Assembly (NCBI GenBank): GCA_022508345.1
Contig: JAFLVK010000004.1
Location: 24,982 to 88,981 of the forward strand
Direction: 5' to 3'
DNA length: 64,000 bases
Source of the DNA: Clostridiales bacterium
Lineage (GTDB): Bacteria > Bacillota > Clostridia > Christensenellales > CAG-314
In this document: piece after piece, positions 1 through 9,653 of the stretch
How positions within the stretch are numbered: position 1 is the stretch's first letter
Layout of the letters: every line of letters starts with the position of its first letter
Program-made: the position numbers and the translations under genes
Notes under the pieces: model-generated
What the model saw: the letters and a program-made list of their open reading frames with translations, nothing else
Databases searched by the model: none
What the model was told of the DNA's origin: nothing

Positions 1-645
1 TAGCAAATAACCCCTGCTTTGACCGTTATTAGAAGAATACAGTTTTCGGCAGGGTTGAGCACACAAGCCACGATTACCGCTGTTTCCGCCTACCATTGCC
101 GAAAACAAGCACTGACCGGATTGACAAACACATGTGGCGCCGTGTATAAAGCACTCAACATTCACGCCTGTTGATGCAACGTCGCGAATTTCATCCAAGC
201 TACTTTCCCGTGCACACACTACAGTCGTTGCGCCACATTCCTGCAAAAATTCAGCACCGAAACTGTCGTGTGCGTTTAGCTGTGTGCTTGCCACCACATC
301 AAATGGCTTCGGGAGCCTTGCCGCTATCTTCATAAGCGCAAGGTCGGTTACAATAACTCCATCTGCATTGTTCAAGTACACTGTTTCAAGCAACTCAACA
401 GCTTTTGCAAACTCGTTGTTTTTAACAGATGTGTTGATGGCAACATACACCTTTACACCAAACAAATGACAGTAATCTATCCATTGCCCGATATTCTCTA
501 CAGTAAAGTTTGGCGCTTTCATGCGCGCATTGAAACTGTCCAAACCAAGATACACCGAATCGCAGCCGTTGTTGACGGCTGCAACCAGTTGTTCTATGCT
601 CCCTGCAGGGGCAAGTATTTCTCTTCTTGGTTTTGCGTTTGACAC
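1..645 (-). CDS. Peptidase U32 family protein, N-terminal portion (gene runs off the window start)
   Basis: Absent from the ORF track because it is open at the window edge. Manual minus-strand translation from GTG at 645 (GAGGT about 6 nt upstream) gives VSNAKPRREILAPAGSIEQLVAAVNNGCDSVYLGLDSFNARMKAPNF..., a typical U32 collagenase-like N-terminus. Confidence 0.7.
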   Translation of the reverse strand, partial: MSNAKPRREILAPAGSIEQLVAAVNNGCDSVYLGLDSFNARMKAPNFTVENIGQWIDYCHLFGVKVYVAINTSVKNNEFAKAVELLETVYLNNADGVIVTDLALMKIAARLPKPFDVVASTQLNAHDSFGAEFLQECGATTVVCARESSLDEIRDVASTGVNVECFIHGATCVCQSGQCLFSAMVGGNSGNRGLCAQPCRKLYSSNNGQSRGYLL

Positions 646-668
646 AATTTACCTCTGTTTCAATTTAA

Positions 669-3047
669 CTATTCGCGGAGCGTAACTCCGTATTTATCTT
701 TCAATGACTTCAAGGCTCTACCGCTTTGCTTTTCTATGTCGGCGTCCTGTAATGTCTTTTTCCTATCCCTAAATACCACTGTGATAGCCAGGCTCTTTTT
801 ACCTGCGCCAAGTTTTTCGTCGCGGTAAACGTCAAATAACTCCGCACTTTCAACCATGTAGATATTAAGGAATTCGTCCAGTACAGCCTGTGCCGGTGTG
901 TCTTCGTCGCATAGGAATGCGAAGTCGCGACTTACCGACGGGAACTTAGCAAACGTCTGATACTTCACATCTCCACGGGCGTTTGTCAAAAGCTTGTCCA
1001 AATTTAACTCCGCGAACATGCAGTCCACGTCTATATCGAAATTAGCAGCAACTTGTGGGTGAAGTTTTCCAAAGTGCCCAACTTCAATGTCATTTACAAA
1101 AACGTCGGCGGATATGCCCGGATGAAGCAGCTCGGTATTAGCGCGTTCAAGCCTCACTTTGCCTGCTGTGAGATTTCTAACAACCTGTAATACGTCCGCG
1201 CGGAAGTCGTCAAACGACACTTCTGTTGCGCAAATAGACAGACGTCTCTGCTCGGTTGGCAGTTTCTCAAGGGGCAACGTGTCGGCTAGATAAACTTTAC
1301 CTACTTCAAACAAGCGAAGTGACCTATTCCCGCGAGATAAGTTTAGCGCAACACACTGCAACATGTTGGGGGCAAGGCTCCTGTTCATGAGCGACAGTTC
1401 TTCGCCTATGGGGTTGAGCACCTTGATATACTGATTTTCATCCACTTCATTTACACTTGCATTTTCAAACAAAGCCTTACCTGCAAATGGATAGAAAATA
1501 CATTCGTTGTACTTCAGTCCGCTCAGCACATTTTTCATGCCGTCGATAAGCTTGTTCTCCGCCGTCTTTCCGCCGCAGGTAATACGCGATTTCTCCATGA
1601 GCGTTCCATTGATATTGTCATAACCGTACACGCGGATAAGCTCTTCGACTATGTCACAATCGCGCATAATATCGTCACGGTAAGGCGGCACAATACATGT
1701 AACGGTGTTTCCGTCAATATTTGTTGATATGTTTAACGAACTCAATATGCTCAATATTTGCCCGTCGGGAATTTTGATGCCCAGCAAGCTTTTAATGCGC
1801 TTTTTGTCAAAGGTTAGTTTTTTGCTTTCCGCAACTTCTCCAATAGATATACGTCCGCGGGTAACCTTGCCACATCCAAGTTGTTCAACAAGGTGCAGCG
1901 CGCGCGACAGTCCAAGATTGTTGGTATACGTTTCAATTCCCTTTTCGAAACGCGCGGACGAGTCGGAACGCAAACCAAGTCTACGGCCTGTACGGCGAAT
2001 GTTAAGGCGGGCAAATGAAGCCGATTCAAACAGTACGCAGTTGGTTTCGTCCTTGATGCCCGAGTCTGCACCGCCCATAATTCCCGCAAGCCCTACAGCG
2101 CGTGTTTTGTCAGCAATTACAAGGTCGTCGTTATTCAAAACGTATTCCTTGCCGTCAAGCGGAACAATCTTCTCACCGTCGCGGGCCCTACGCACTATTA
2201 TTTCGTGATCATGTATATCTGCGTAATCGAAAGCGTGCATGGGTTGCCCGATTTCGTACAAAACGTAATTTGTTATGTCCACCAAATTGTTGATACCGTG
2301 CAGTCCTACCTTTGCAAGACGTTGCGTAAGCCAAACGGGAGACTTTTCAATTTTCACGTCAGTTACTCCCTGCATATAATAGCCCTTGCATATGTCCGTT
2401 GCTTGCACGTCGACGTGAACGAGCGAAGTCGTCTCAACGCCGCTCTCTGTGTAGCTTACGTCCGGTTCACGGCAGGTTTTGCCCAGCGCAACAGCAACCT
2501 CACGGGCAAGTCCCAAAACGCTGTTACAGTCCTGACGGTTTGCCGTAACGCTTACGTCCAACACGTAGTCGTCAATGCCTACTTCGCTGCGTATATCTGT
2601 ACCAACAACAGCGCTGTCACGCAAAACAAGCACGCCGTCAACATCAGCATTCGGGTAGAAATCTCCATTGATACCAAGCTCTTCCGCACCGCAGAACATT
2701 CCCCACGATTCTTCGCCGCGCATTTTGCCCTTTGTGATGTGGAGCCCATTTGCCAGCGTTGCATTGTGAAGCGCTACAGGCACCTTGTCGCCAACTTTTA
2801 CATGGTGATCGTTAGTAACAATTGGTATCAACTCACTGCCAATATCAACCTTGCAGCAAAGCAATCTTTCGGCATTGGGGTGTTGTGTAATTTCTACAAT
2901 TTGACACACCTTGACGTTAGTTACATTTTCGCCGAGATAAACAACTTCCTCTATCTCCAGCCCGATGCCTACCATTTTGTCGCAAAGTGTTTGTATGTCT
3001 TCCGTCACATCGACGTATTCTTTTATCCATGAAAGAGGTAATTTCAT
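669..3047 (-). CDS. pheT: Phenylalanine--tRNA ligase beta subunit
   Basis: 792-aa ORF starting MKLPLSWIKEYVDV (canonical PheT N-terminus), of the expected length, 11 nt downstream of pheS. Confidence 0.95.
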   Translation of the reverse strand: MKLPLSWIKEYVDVTEDIQTLCDKMVGIGLEIEEVVYLGENVTNVKVCQIVEITQHPNAERLLCCKVDIGSELIPIVTNDHHVKVGDKVPVALHNATLANGLHITKGKMRGEESWGMFCGAEELGINGDFYPNADVDGVLVLRDSAVVGTDIRSEVGIDDYVLDVSVTANRQDCNSVLGLAREVAVALGKTCREPDVSYTESGVETTSLVHVDVQATDICKGYYMQGVTDVKIEKSPVWLTQRLAKVGLHGINNLVDITNYVLYEIGQPMHAFDYADIHDHEIIVRRARDGEKIVPLDGKEYVLNNDDLVIADKTRAVGLAGIMGGADSGIKDETNCVLFESASFARLNIRRTGRRLGLRSDSSARFEKGIETYTNNLGLSRALHLVEQLGCGKVTRGRISIGEVAESKKLTFDKKRIKSLLGIKIPDGQILSILSSLNISTNIDGNTVTCIVPPYRDDIMRDCDIVEELIRVYGYDNINGTLMEKSRITCGGKTAENKLIDGMKNVLSGLKYNECIFYPFAGKALFENASVNEVDENQYIKVLNPIGEELSLMNRSLAPNMLQCVALNLSRGNRSLRLFEVGKVYLADTLPLEKLPTEQRRLSICATEVSFDDFRADVLQVVRNLTAGKVRLERANTELLHPGISADVFVNDIEVGHFGKLHPQVAANFDIDVDCMFAELNLDKLLTNARGDVKYQTFAKFPSVSRDFAFLCDEDTPAQAVLDEFLNIYMVESAELFDVYRDEKLGAGKKSLAITVVFRDRKKTLQDADIEKQSGRALKSLKDKYGVTLRE

Positions 3048-3058
3048 AAGCGTTACTC

Positions 3059-4072
3059 CTATTTACCAAATTGCTTTAGGAAGCGTTGATCGTTTTCAAA
3101 CAGCAAACGAATGTCGGGGATTCCGTATTTAATCATTGCAACGCGGTCCATGCCGATACCGAATGCAAAGCCGTTGTATTTTTTGCTGTCAATGCCGCAC
3201 TTTTCCAACACAAAGGGATTGACCATACCTGCGCCAAGTAGCTCTATCCACCCCGTACCCTTGCACAGCGAACAGCCCTTGCCTCCACAGTTGCTACATG
3301 TAACATCCACCTCTACGCTAGGTTCCGTAAAGGGGAAGAATGACGGGCGGAAACGCACTTTTGTATTTTCGCCAAACAGGTGCGAAGCAATATATTCCAA
3401 TGTACCTTTCAGGTCACACAGCGTGATATTTTTGTCTACGACAAGCCCCTCAATCTGATGGAACACTGGCGAATGCGACGCGTCGCTATCCGAGCGGAAC
3501 ACCTTTCCCGGGCATATTACCTTGATGGGTGGTTGCCTCTTTTCCATAAGGCGAGCCTGCATTGCCGAAGTCTGTGTGCGTAGCAATATGCTGTCCGTGA
3601 TGTAGAACGTATCCTGCATGTCGCGCGCGGGGTGATCGTCGGGGATGTTGAGCGCCTTGAAATTGTAGTAATCGGTTTCGATTTCCGGTCCTGTCAGCAC
3701 TTCAAAGCCCATCGCAATTAACAGGTCGCATATTTCGTTTTCAATCAGCGTAACGGGGTGTGACGCGCCTAGCGGCTTACAGGACGTAAGGCTTATGTCC
3801 ACCTTTTCTTCCTGCAGGCGACGTTGCATATCCAGCGCCTTGAGCGTATCCGTCTTTTCGGCAAAGCGCGCTTCCATAACGCCACGCAGTGCGTTTACCT
3901 CCGCGCCAAAGCTCGGACGCTCTTCAGCAGGCAGGTCCTTTATGCTTTTGAGCAAAACAGTAAGTTCGCCGCTTTTGCCCAGATATTTGACCTTTAATTC
4001 TTGCAAACTTTGCAGGTCTTGGCAATTGGTAATTTCAGTTTCAAATGCCGCTCTTATCTCATTCATTTTCAT
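3059..4072 (-). CDS. pheS: Phenylalanine--tRNA ligase alpha subunit
   Basis: 337 aa with class-II core segments FRPSFFPFTEPSVEVDV and GFAFGIGMDRVAM. It is preceded by a T-box leader. Confidence 0.95.
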   Translation of the reverse strand: MKMNEIRAAFETEITNCQDLQSLQELKVKYLGKSGELTVLLKSIKDLPAEERPSFGAEVNALRGVMEARFAEKTDTLKALDMQRRLQEEKVDISLTSCKPLGASHPVTLIENEICDLLIAMGFEVLTGPEIETDYYNFKALNIPDDHPARDMQDTFYITDSILLRTQTSAMQARLMEKRQPPIKVICPGKVFRSDSDASHSPVFHQIEGLVVDKNITLCDLKGTLEYIASHLFGENTKVRFRPSFFPFTEPSVEVDVTCSNCGGKGCSLCKGTGWIELLGAGMVNPFVLEKCGIDSKKYNGFAFGIGMDRVAMIKYGIPDIRLLFENDQRFLKQFGK

Positions 4073-4084
4073 AGCTTTCTCCTC

Positions 4085-4325
4085 AATTAAAAAGCCCCAA
4101 GCTGTGCAATCACAACTTAGGGCGATAATTTACCGCGGTACCACCTAATTTCAAAAGGTTAAACCTTTTCTCTTCGTTTGATAACGGAAACTACCCGCGA
4201 ATGGCTACTGCTTGTTCACCGCTCGAACTCGGAAGGGAATATCTTTTTACGCAAAGGCGAGGCTCACACCGTCCCCCGCTCGCTTGTGCTTTGTTTGTCG
4301 TAAACTCTTTTGCTTCGTCAATGTT
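4085..4325 (-). promoter_or_regulatory. T-box leader (tRNA-sensing transcription attenuator) of pheST
   Basis: The minus strand reads AAATTAGGTGGTACCGCGG (T-box core, complement of 4133-4146). A terminator hairpin GCCCTAAGTTGTG / CAGCTTGGGGC (4094-4123) plus TTTTT (4089-4093) follows. Upstream are CAGTAGCC (AGTA-like), CCGTTA (F-box) and a GGTGTGA distal-loop-like motif. TTC (Phe) triplets lie 3' of that loop. Confidence 0.85.
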
Positions 4326-4331
4326 TTCTTT

Positions 4332-4360
4332 AGTATACCAAAGAAAAAGCAAATTGACAA
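4332..4360 (-). promoter_or_regulatory. Sigma-A-type promoter for the pheST leader
   Basis: Minus strand: TTGTCA (4360-4355), 17 nt, TATACT (4337-4332). Confidence 0.5.
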
Positions 4361-4412
4361 TAGATTTAACACTTATAAATTATATTTTATTTTATAACTT
4401 AATCTTTTACAG

Positions 4413-5099
4413 TTAGGCAGAGGTCCCCAACACCAGTCCCCCTTGCAAAAATGTATCGGGAACTTTGCCGATAATCAAGCTTTCGCTCAGTAGAATCGGC
4501 GTCTCTGTTTTCACCTCGACGTGCGACGTGGGCATGATCAAATCGACATTGCTGCACACGTTTACATATATACGGTGTAACGTCTGGTTGATCCCTGCGG
4601 TTTCGAATACGGATGTAAATGTACAGGTCACGTTGCCTATTGGGGAAACGACGACGTCCACTGTCGGTCCCTTTTCTGATAGCAACGGTATGCCCGAAAG
4701 CGAACCAATGGGGATATCTATGCTAAAGGACTTCAATGCGCTAATTTTCTGTTGTGAGAGAATTGCGGTATTGCGAGCAAATATGTTAACAAGTGCGCTG
4801 TTCGCCGAAATCATCACGATGTCGTTTTGATTGTTTTTTTCAACTGTAAAGAAATCCGAGTAGCTATTAACATCTGACAGTATCACACACACGGCTTCGT
4901 TTACCGCCAAGGTCGTTTCTGCTTTTAGACGTGTTTGAGCAATATCCAATATTGTAGGCGACATGGACCGCCAATATATCCACAGCGCCAACACTATTGA
5001 CAGCACAACCATGATAATTAAAAAAGAGACAAGCCTTCTCAAAAGTTTTCGTCTTTTTTGTTGCTTAGCGCCCCTGCTTACCACCGAATAACTTGACAT
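4413..5099 (-). CDS. yunB: Sporulation protein YunB
   Basis: 228 aa with an N-terminal basic region plus one TM helix. The body matches the YunB pattern (IPIGSLSGIPLLSEKGPTVDVVVSPIGNV...GINQTLHRIYVNV...IIGKVP). Confidence 0.75.
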   Translation of the reverse strand: MSSYSVVSRGAKQQKRRKLLRRLVSFLIIMVVLSIVLALWIYWRSMSPTILDIAQTRLKAETTLAVNEAVCVILSDVNSYSDFFTVEKNNQNDIVMISANSALVNIFARNTAILSQQKISALKSFSIDIPIGSLSGIPLLSEKGPTVDVVVSPIGNVTCTFTSVFETAGINQTLHRIYVNVCSNVDLIMPTSHVEVKTETPILLSESLIIGKVPDTFLQGGLVLGTSA

Positions 5100-5145
5100 A
5101 CGCCCACCTTTGCCACATTATATTCACAATACGCTCCAATTGTTA

Positions 5146-5517
5146 CTATTTCTTTTTGGTGCGCGGACGGAATATTACCGCAACAATATAACCTGATACA
5201 ATTGCAATGCTTATGCCAGTTGCGCACGCGGCAAGACCGCCTGTAAGCGCACCGTACACTCCGTCCTGCTTTGCTGCTTTTACAGCACCTTTCACCAATG
5301 CGCAACCAAAACCGGAAATAGGAACACTAGCCCCCGCGCCGGCAAATTCTATCAGTTTGCTGTAAAGACCAAAGCCCTCCAAAATTGCGCCCGCAATCAG
5401 AAACAGCACCAAAATTTTGCCGTTTGTCAGGTGTGTGTAGTTGATGATAATTTGTCCGATAAGACATATGCCACCGCCAACTAAAAATGCTTTTACAAAC
5501 ATCAAAAAAGTATCCAT
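5146..5517 (-). CDS. spoVAE: Stage V sporulation protein AE (SpoVAEb-type)
   Basis: 123-aa polytopic membrane protein with GAGASVPISGFG. It is the last gene of a spoVAC-AD-AE triplet, and its start overlaps the spoVAD stop by 1 nt. Confidence 0.85.
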   Translation of the reverse strand: MDTFLMFVKAFLVGGGICLIGQIIINYTHLTNGKILVLFLIAGAILEGFGLYSKLIEFAGAGASVPISGFGCALVKGAVKAAKQDGVYGALTGGLAACATGISIAIVSGYIVAVIFRPRTKKK

Positions 5518-6518
5518 TACGCTGTAACCTCCACTAAATGTGTTATTGCCGGAATACTGTCACCCTGGAAAGATGTTGTAGGGCTCATAAGCGCACCTGT
5601 TCCCGCAAGCAATATTCGCTTGTACTCTCCACGGCGCAGCCTTCCAAGCAACACGCTATTAAACACAAGCGCCGAGCAAGCCGCTCCGCTGCCGCCCTGA
5701 TAGGTTTGCTGTTCGTCCCAGTACAACGATGCTCCGCAGTCATGCAGCTGCGCAGATACGTCGTATCCCTCCTGGCGCGTCAAGTCCATGAGTATATCCG
5801 AGCCAAGCTTTCCCAGGTCGCCCGTGTATATGACATCGAAGTCGGAGGGCGAAGTATTCGTGTCCTTAAAGAAAGTTACCAAAGTGTCACATGCCGACGG
5901 CGCCATTGCAGCTCCCATATTGTTTGCATCCATAATGCCGTAGTCTACCACGCGACCGATTGTTGCTCTTGTAACCTTTGGAACAGCAATTTCGCTCTTA
6001 TTAGATAACACTGTTGCGCCAACTCCTGTCGCCGTCCACTGTGTTACCGGTGAACGCAATACGCCCAATTCCAGGGGATAACGGTACTGCCGTTCCGCTG
6101 TAGAAAAGTGGCTTCCCGCACTACACACTACATTTTCCAGCCCGTTGCTAAGCATGCACGAACCGACAATTAAACTCTCCACAAAGGTTGCGCATGCGTT
6201 GTAAATGCCCACAAAGCCCGCGTGCTGCTTGCGTGCCGCATAGGATGCCGATACAATCTGATTGAGCAAGTCTCCCGCAATTACAGCATCAATATCGCCT
6301 GACACAAGGTTTGCCTTGGCAATTGCACCGTCAATCGCATGCTCAAACATCTTCCGTTCCGCACGTTCAAATGTGTTTTGTCCAAACATATCGTCTTCAA
6401 GCGCAAGGTCAAAAAATCCCTTGTACCGTCCGTCGTTTTCCTTTGGTCCGGCTACAGTGTACCCCTCCAGTATGTGAGAGTTATCGAAGCTCAATGTTCT
6501 CTTCTTGTAATAGTCCAT
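5517..6518 (-). CDS. spoVAD: Stage V sporulation protein AD
   Basis: Thiolase-like fold of about 333 aa (VAGPKENDG..., ...NACATFVESL...). I chose the start at ATG 6518 (GGGGG 5 nt upstream) rather than the ORF-track TTG at 6530. It overlaps the spoVAC stop. Confidence 0.9.
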   Translation of the reverse strand: MDYYKKRTLSFDNSHILEGYTVAGPKENDGRYKGFFDLALEDDMFGQNTFERAERKMFEHAIDGAIAKANLVSGDIDAVIAGDLLNQIVSASYAARKQHAGFVGIYNACATFVESLIVGSCMLSNGLENVVCSAGSHFSTAERQYRYPLELGVLRSPVTQWTATGVGATVLSNKSEIAVPKVTRATIGRVVDYGIMDANNMGAAMAPSACDTLVTFFKDTNTSPSDFDVIYTGDLGKLGSDILMDLTRQEGYDVSAQLHDCGASLYWDEQQTYQGGSGAACSALVFNSVLLGRLRRGEYKRILLAGTGALMSPTTSFQGDSIPAITHLVEVTA

Positions 6519-6519
6519 G

Positions 6520-6969
6520 CTAACCCCCAAATACCAGCGTAAGTAACGCTACGATAACAGAAATTGTTACGCCATTTACAATGACAGGTCCTGCTACCAA
6601 AAACATTTTGGCGCCCACACCGTAAATGTAGCCCTCTGCCCTAAATTCCAGGGCCGGCGATACTACAGCGTTGGAAAACCCCGTAATGGGAATTGTCGAA
6701 CCTGCCCCCGCAAATCTGCCGATATTGTCATACACGCCAAAACCGGTCATGAGCGCTGCAATAAGCACAAGCGTTCCCGAAGCCAAAACTGACGCGTCCT
6801 GATCGTTGAACCACAGCAAATAAAACTGTATAAAGGCTTGCCCTATTATACAGATTGTGCCACCGATTACAAATGCCCAAAACATATTTTTCCAATGTGA
6901 GCTTTTAGGCATCTTTTCAAACACGTATGATTTGTAATTGTCCTTTGTTATTTCTCTCGTTGCTTCCAT
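6520..6969 (-). CDS. spoVAC: Stage V sporulation protein AC
   Basis: 149-aa membrane protein with GAGSTIPITGFSN. AGGTGA RBS upstream. First gene of the spoVA triplet. Confidence 0.9.
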   Translation of the reverse strand: MEATREITKDNYKSYVFEKMPKSSHWKNMFWAFVIGGTICIIGQAFIQFYLLWFNDQDASVLASGTLVLIAALMTGFGVYDNIGRFAGAGSTIPITGFSNAVVSPALEFRAEGYIYGVGAKMFLVAGPVIVNGVTISVIVALLTLVFGG

Positions 6970-7268
6970 AAAATCACCTACTTTTTTACAATTGGCTCTT
7001 CCCTGCTTTCCAAGTCGTATTGCGACGGCAGGCAGGTTTCTCTTTCGTCGCTGTTACTACCGTATTTTTTTACCTTTGGATATTTCATAACAGGATTGTC
7101 GCCAATATATCGTTTTTTTATTCGCAGAAAGAAATCTTTGTTGTTTTATTGAAAATAATGAAAAAATAGGCAAAAAGCTATATTATGCCTGTCATAGTAT
7201 TTGATATTTCGAATGATTTTTCTATAATTTACGAATTTAAAAGAAAAACACAAAAATTTACTAAACGT

Positions 7269-7317
7269 GAAAAAAGGAATTGTGAAATGCAGAAATTTCT
7301 ACACATCACAATTCCTT
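7269..7317 (-). terminator. Rho-independent terminator after scpB
   Basis: 12-bp perfect stem AAGGAATTGTGA / TCACAATTCCTT (7275-7286 and 7306-7317), followed on the minus strand by TTTTTT. Confidence 0.7.
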
Positions 7318-7344
7318 GTATTAAAAATATAATTTCAATCTAAG

Positions 7345-7971
7345 TTAATCGACCTTGTTAACCTCTTCACCGACGAGGAAATCCGGTACCTCTTCAACCA
7401 TATCAAACATGGGCTTTTCAACCATTTCTACTGACAGTGATGAGCTGGTTATTTGTTGCAGCTTTTCAAGCAATGTTTCGTAATCGGGAAGATCGGAAAT
7501 ATCACTGATAGAAAACCGTTTCAAAAAGTCGTCCGTTGTAGCAAACAGCAAAGGTTTACCAATTGTTTCCTTACGTCCAACCACTTCAATCATGCCCAGG
7601 CGCATAAGGTTTTGAACTGAGTATGTACAGTCGACGCTGCGTATTTCTTCAATCTCAATACGCGTAACAGGTTGCTTGTATGCAATGATTGCAAGCGTCT
7701 CCAACATTGCGTTGGTCAGCTCCTTTTCCTTTATAGGGTTCAAAACGGCTTCAACCTCTTTGGAGTAATTGGGGTTGGTTGCAAATTGCAGTTTTTTGTT
7801 AAAACGCAACAGGTGAATACCGCTCTCTCCGCTAAACTTTGTAAGCAGTTCCGATACGGCTTCGGTGAATTGTTTATCCGTTGCGTTAAATTTTTCCTTC
7901 AGTATTTTTTCTTCAACCGCTTTGCCCGAAACAAACAAGACGGACTCTATCTGATTACTCAAAAGACTCAT
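7345..7971 (-). CDS. scpB: Segregation and condensation protein B
   Basis: ScpB-like winged-helix repeats (IESVLFVSGKAV..., ...LETLAIIAYKQPVTRIEIEEIRSVD...). The ORF-track start (8037) is over-extended. GGAGG-ATGACT-ATG favours ATG 7971 (alternative 7977), which overlaps the scpA end. Confidence 0.85.
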   Translation of the reverse strand: MSLLSNQIESVLFVSGKAVEEKILKEKFNATDKQFTEAVSELLTKFSGESGIHLLRFNKKLQFATNPNYSKEVEAVLNPIKEKELTNAMLETLAIIAYKQPVTRIEIEEIRSVDCTYSVQNLMRLGMIEVVGRKETIGKPLLFATTDDFLKRFSISDISDLPDYETLLEKLQQITSSSLSVEMVEKPMFDMVEEVPDFLVGEEVNKVD

Positions 7972-8764
7972 AGTCATCCTCCACAACAACCTCGATTTCG
8001 TCGCTATCGGGTCGTTTTTGTATAACGATATCTTCAAACAAATTTACCTGCGTAGCCGTAATTATTTGAAGCTTCAACAATTCCAACATTGCCAAGAAGG
8101 TTGTCACAATCTCATTTTTTGTTGCTGTTGGCTCAAACAATTGACTCAGCATGAATTTATCTTCCGTTTTCAAAATTTCGCGAATGTACGCAATTTTTTG
8201 CGGAACGGAAAAGCTCTCTCTGACAATTGCACGGGAAACATTTTCGGCTGCGTTCTTTACCTGCATGCGCATCAAAAACTTGCCAAAAGCCTGCACAAAG
8301 CCTTCTATGCTCAAATTCTCCTTGATTACGCTCACTTCTTTACCGACATTTTTGTCCGGCTCACGGTAGAATCTGTCCACGTTTTCGTGACCTTTCAATT
8401 CGGTAACAATTTCCTTGAACAGCTTGTATTCTTCCAGTTGACGAATAAGCATTTTTTCCGGAGATTCTTCATCGCTCGTTTCGTCAATAACTATCGGCAG
8501 CAATGCGCGCGACTTGATTTCCAACAGGGTTGCAGCCATTGCCATGTACTCGCTTGCTTGGTCCACGTCCAATTCTGCAACTTGGTCCATATAATGCAAA
8601 AACTGGTCTGTAACCTGCGAAACAAATATATCCTTTATTTCAATTTTGTTTTCCTTGACTAATGACAGCAAAAGATCTAACGGACCGGCAAAGTTGGTCA
8701 GTTTGAGTTCGAGAATTGACTTCTCTTCGTCAAATATATATTGCTGTTGAAATTCTTCAGCCAT
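7955..8764 (-). CDS. scpA: Segregation and condensation protein A (kleisin)
   Basis: 269 aa. The N-terminus ...FAGPLDLLLSLVKENKIEIKDIFVSQVTDQFLHYM is the conserved ScpA motif. It sits immediately upstream of scpB. Confidence 0.9.
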   Translation of the reverse strand: MAEEFQQQYIFDEEKSILELKLTNFAGPLDLLLSLVKENKIEIKDIFVSQVTDQFLHYMDQVAELDVDQASEYMAMAATLLEIKSRALLPIVIDETSDEESPEKMLIRQLEEYKLFKEIVTELKGHENVDRFYREPDKNVGKEVSVIKENLSIEGFVQAFGKFLMRMQVKNAAENVSRAIVRESFSVPQKIAYIREILKTEDKFMLSQLFEPTATKNEIVTTFLAMLELLKLQIITATQVNLFEDIVIQKRPDSDEIEVVVEDDYESFE

Positions 8765-9476
8765 TAAATATTAACCTCCAGAACAAGTAAAAGCCTTGTT
8801 GTATAAGCCCACCGAACTTTGCGATATACAAATTCAATGGCGAAAACTCCGAAACGTACGGGATGTAGTTTAAAACCAAAAAGCCCAAAATGATGTACAA
8901 GCTATACTTGCGCAAAAACAGCATCGCCCTGTTGTTTTGCGAAACAAAGCAACTAAGCAAACGGTACCCGTCTAGTGGGTAAAGGGGCAAGATGTTAAAC
9001 AGCGCAAATGATACGTTGAGCCCCATAAGCATGAGCATCAACTGGCGACAAAAGTAGATAAAGTAAGCCAGACCTTCACTCTTGTCAGACAAATCAACCC
9101 CAACAATCAAGGCAAACCCCATAGCTGCAAAAAATGCGATAACAAGGTTTGTAAGCACTCCCGCAATGGACACTGTTATGGCGCCAACCTTGCGATTTTT
9201 GAAATTGCCGGGATTGATTGGGACGGGCTTTGCCCAGCCAAAGCCGACAAGCAACATCAGTAACAGTCCCATCCAATCGAAATGTTTGATTGGATTTAGG
9301 CTGAGCCTGCCGTAGGCTTTTGCCGTGTTATCTCCGTTCCACAATGCCACCAAGCCGTGGGCAATTTCGTGGAGAATAAGCGCAACAAACAGCGCAACGA
9401 TAAATGCCACTACATTTAGCAAGCTTTCTCTACTTATGCCCTGTCCGTAGTTGGTTAGCAAATTATACACATGCAT
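8757..9476 (-). CDS. Site-2 protease (M50) family membrane metalloprotease
   Basis: 239-aa polytopic protein with HEIAHGLVA (HExxH in a TM helix) and NILPLYPLDGYRL (NxxPxxxLDG). Confidence 0.7.
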   Translation of the reverse strand: MHVYNLLTNYGQGISRESLLNVVAFIVALFVALILHEIAHGLVALWNGDNTAKAYGRLSLNPIKHFDWMGLLLMLLVGFGWAKPVPINPGNFKNRKVGAITVSIAGVLTNLVIAFFAAMGFALIVGVDLSDKSEGLAYFIYFCRQLMLMLMGLNVSFALFNILPLYPLDGYRLLSCFVSQNNRAMLFLRKYSLYIILGFLVLNYIPYVSEFSPLNLYIAKFGGLIQQGFYLFWRLIFNG

Positions 9477-9556
9477 AGAAATATTATATCAAAACGCAAT
9501 TACAAAGTCAATAAATATATTATATAACTTATAACACTCGCAATGCTTCAAACGGC

Positions 9557-9626
9557 ACAAAACAAAAACATCTGTTGCGAACGTAACTTGTTTTACAATT
9601 TGCAATGTTACGTCCAACAGATGTTT
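9557..9626 (-). terminator. Long-hairpin terminator after the D-Ala-D-Ala carboxypeptidase gene
   Basis: The 12-bp outer stem AAACATCTGTTG / CAACAGATGTTT (9566-9577 and 9615-9626) encloses a 6-bp inner stem (CGTAAC / GTTACG). It is followed on the minus strand by TTTTGTTTTG. Confidence 0.65.
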
Positions 9627-9653
9627 ACATACAAAATTAAATATTTAATTCGA

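Noticed and set aside
4201-4416. Two overlapping plus-strand ORFs (71 and 61 aa) in the pheS upstream region.
   Set aside because: The region is explained by the minus-strand T-box leader and its promoter. The ORFs are AT-rich tails without an RBS.
5078-5305. 75-aa minus-strand ORF bridging the yunB start and the spoVAE end.
   Set aside because: It is out of frame with, and overlaps, two well-supported genes. It is Arg/Cys-rich, has no RBS and is a frame artefact.
6978-7088. 36-aa minus-strand sORF (MKYPKVKKYGSNSDERETCLPSQYDLESREEPIVKK) ending 9 nt before the spoVAC ATG.
   Set aside because: No Shine-Dalgarno sequence precedes its ATG and I recognise no family. It cannot be supported from the sequence alone. 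It may simply be part of the spoVA leader.
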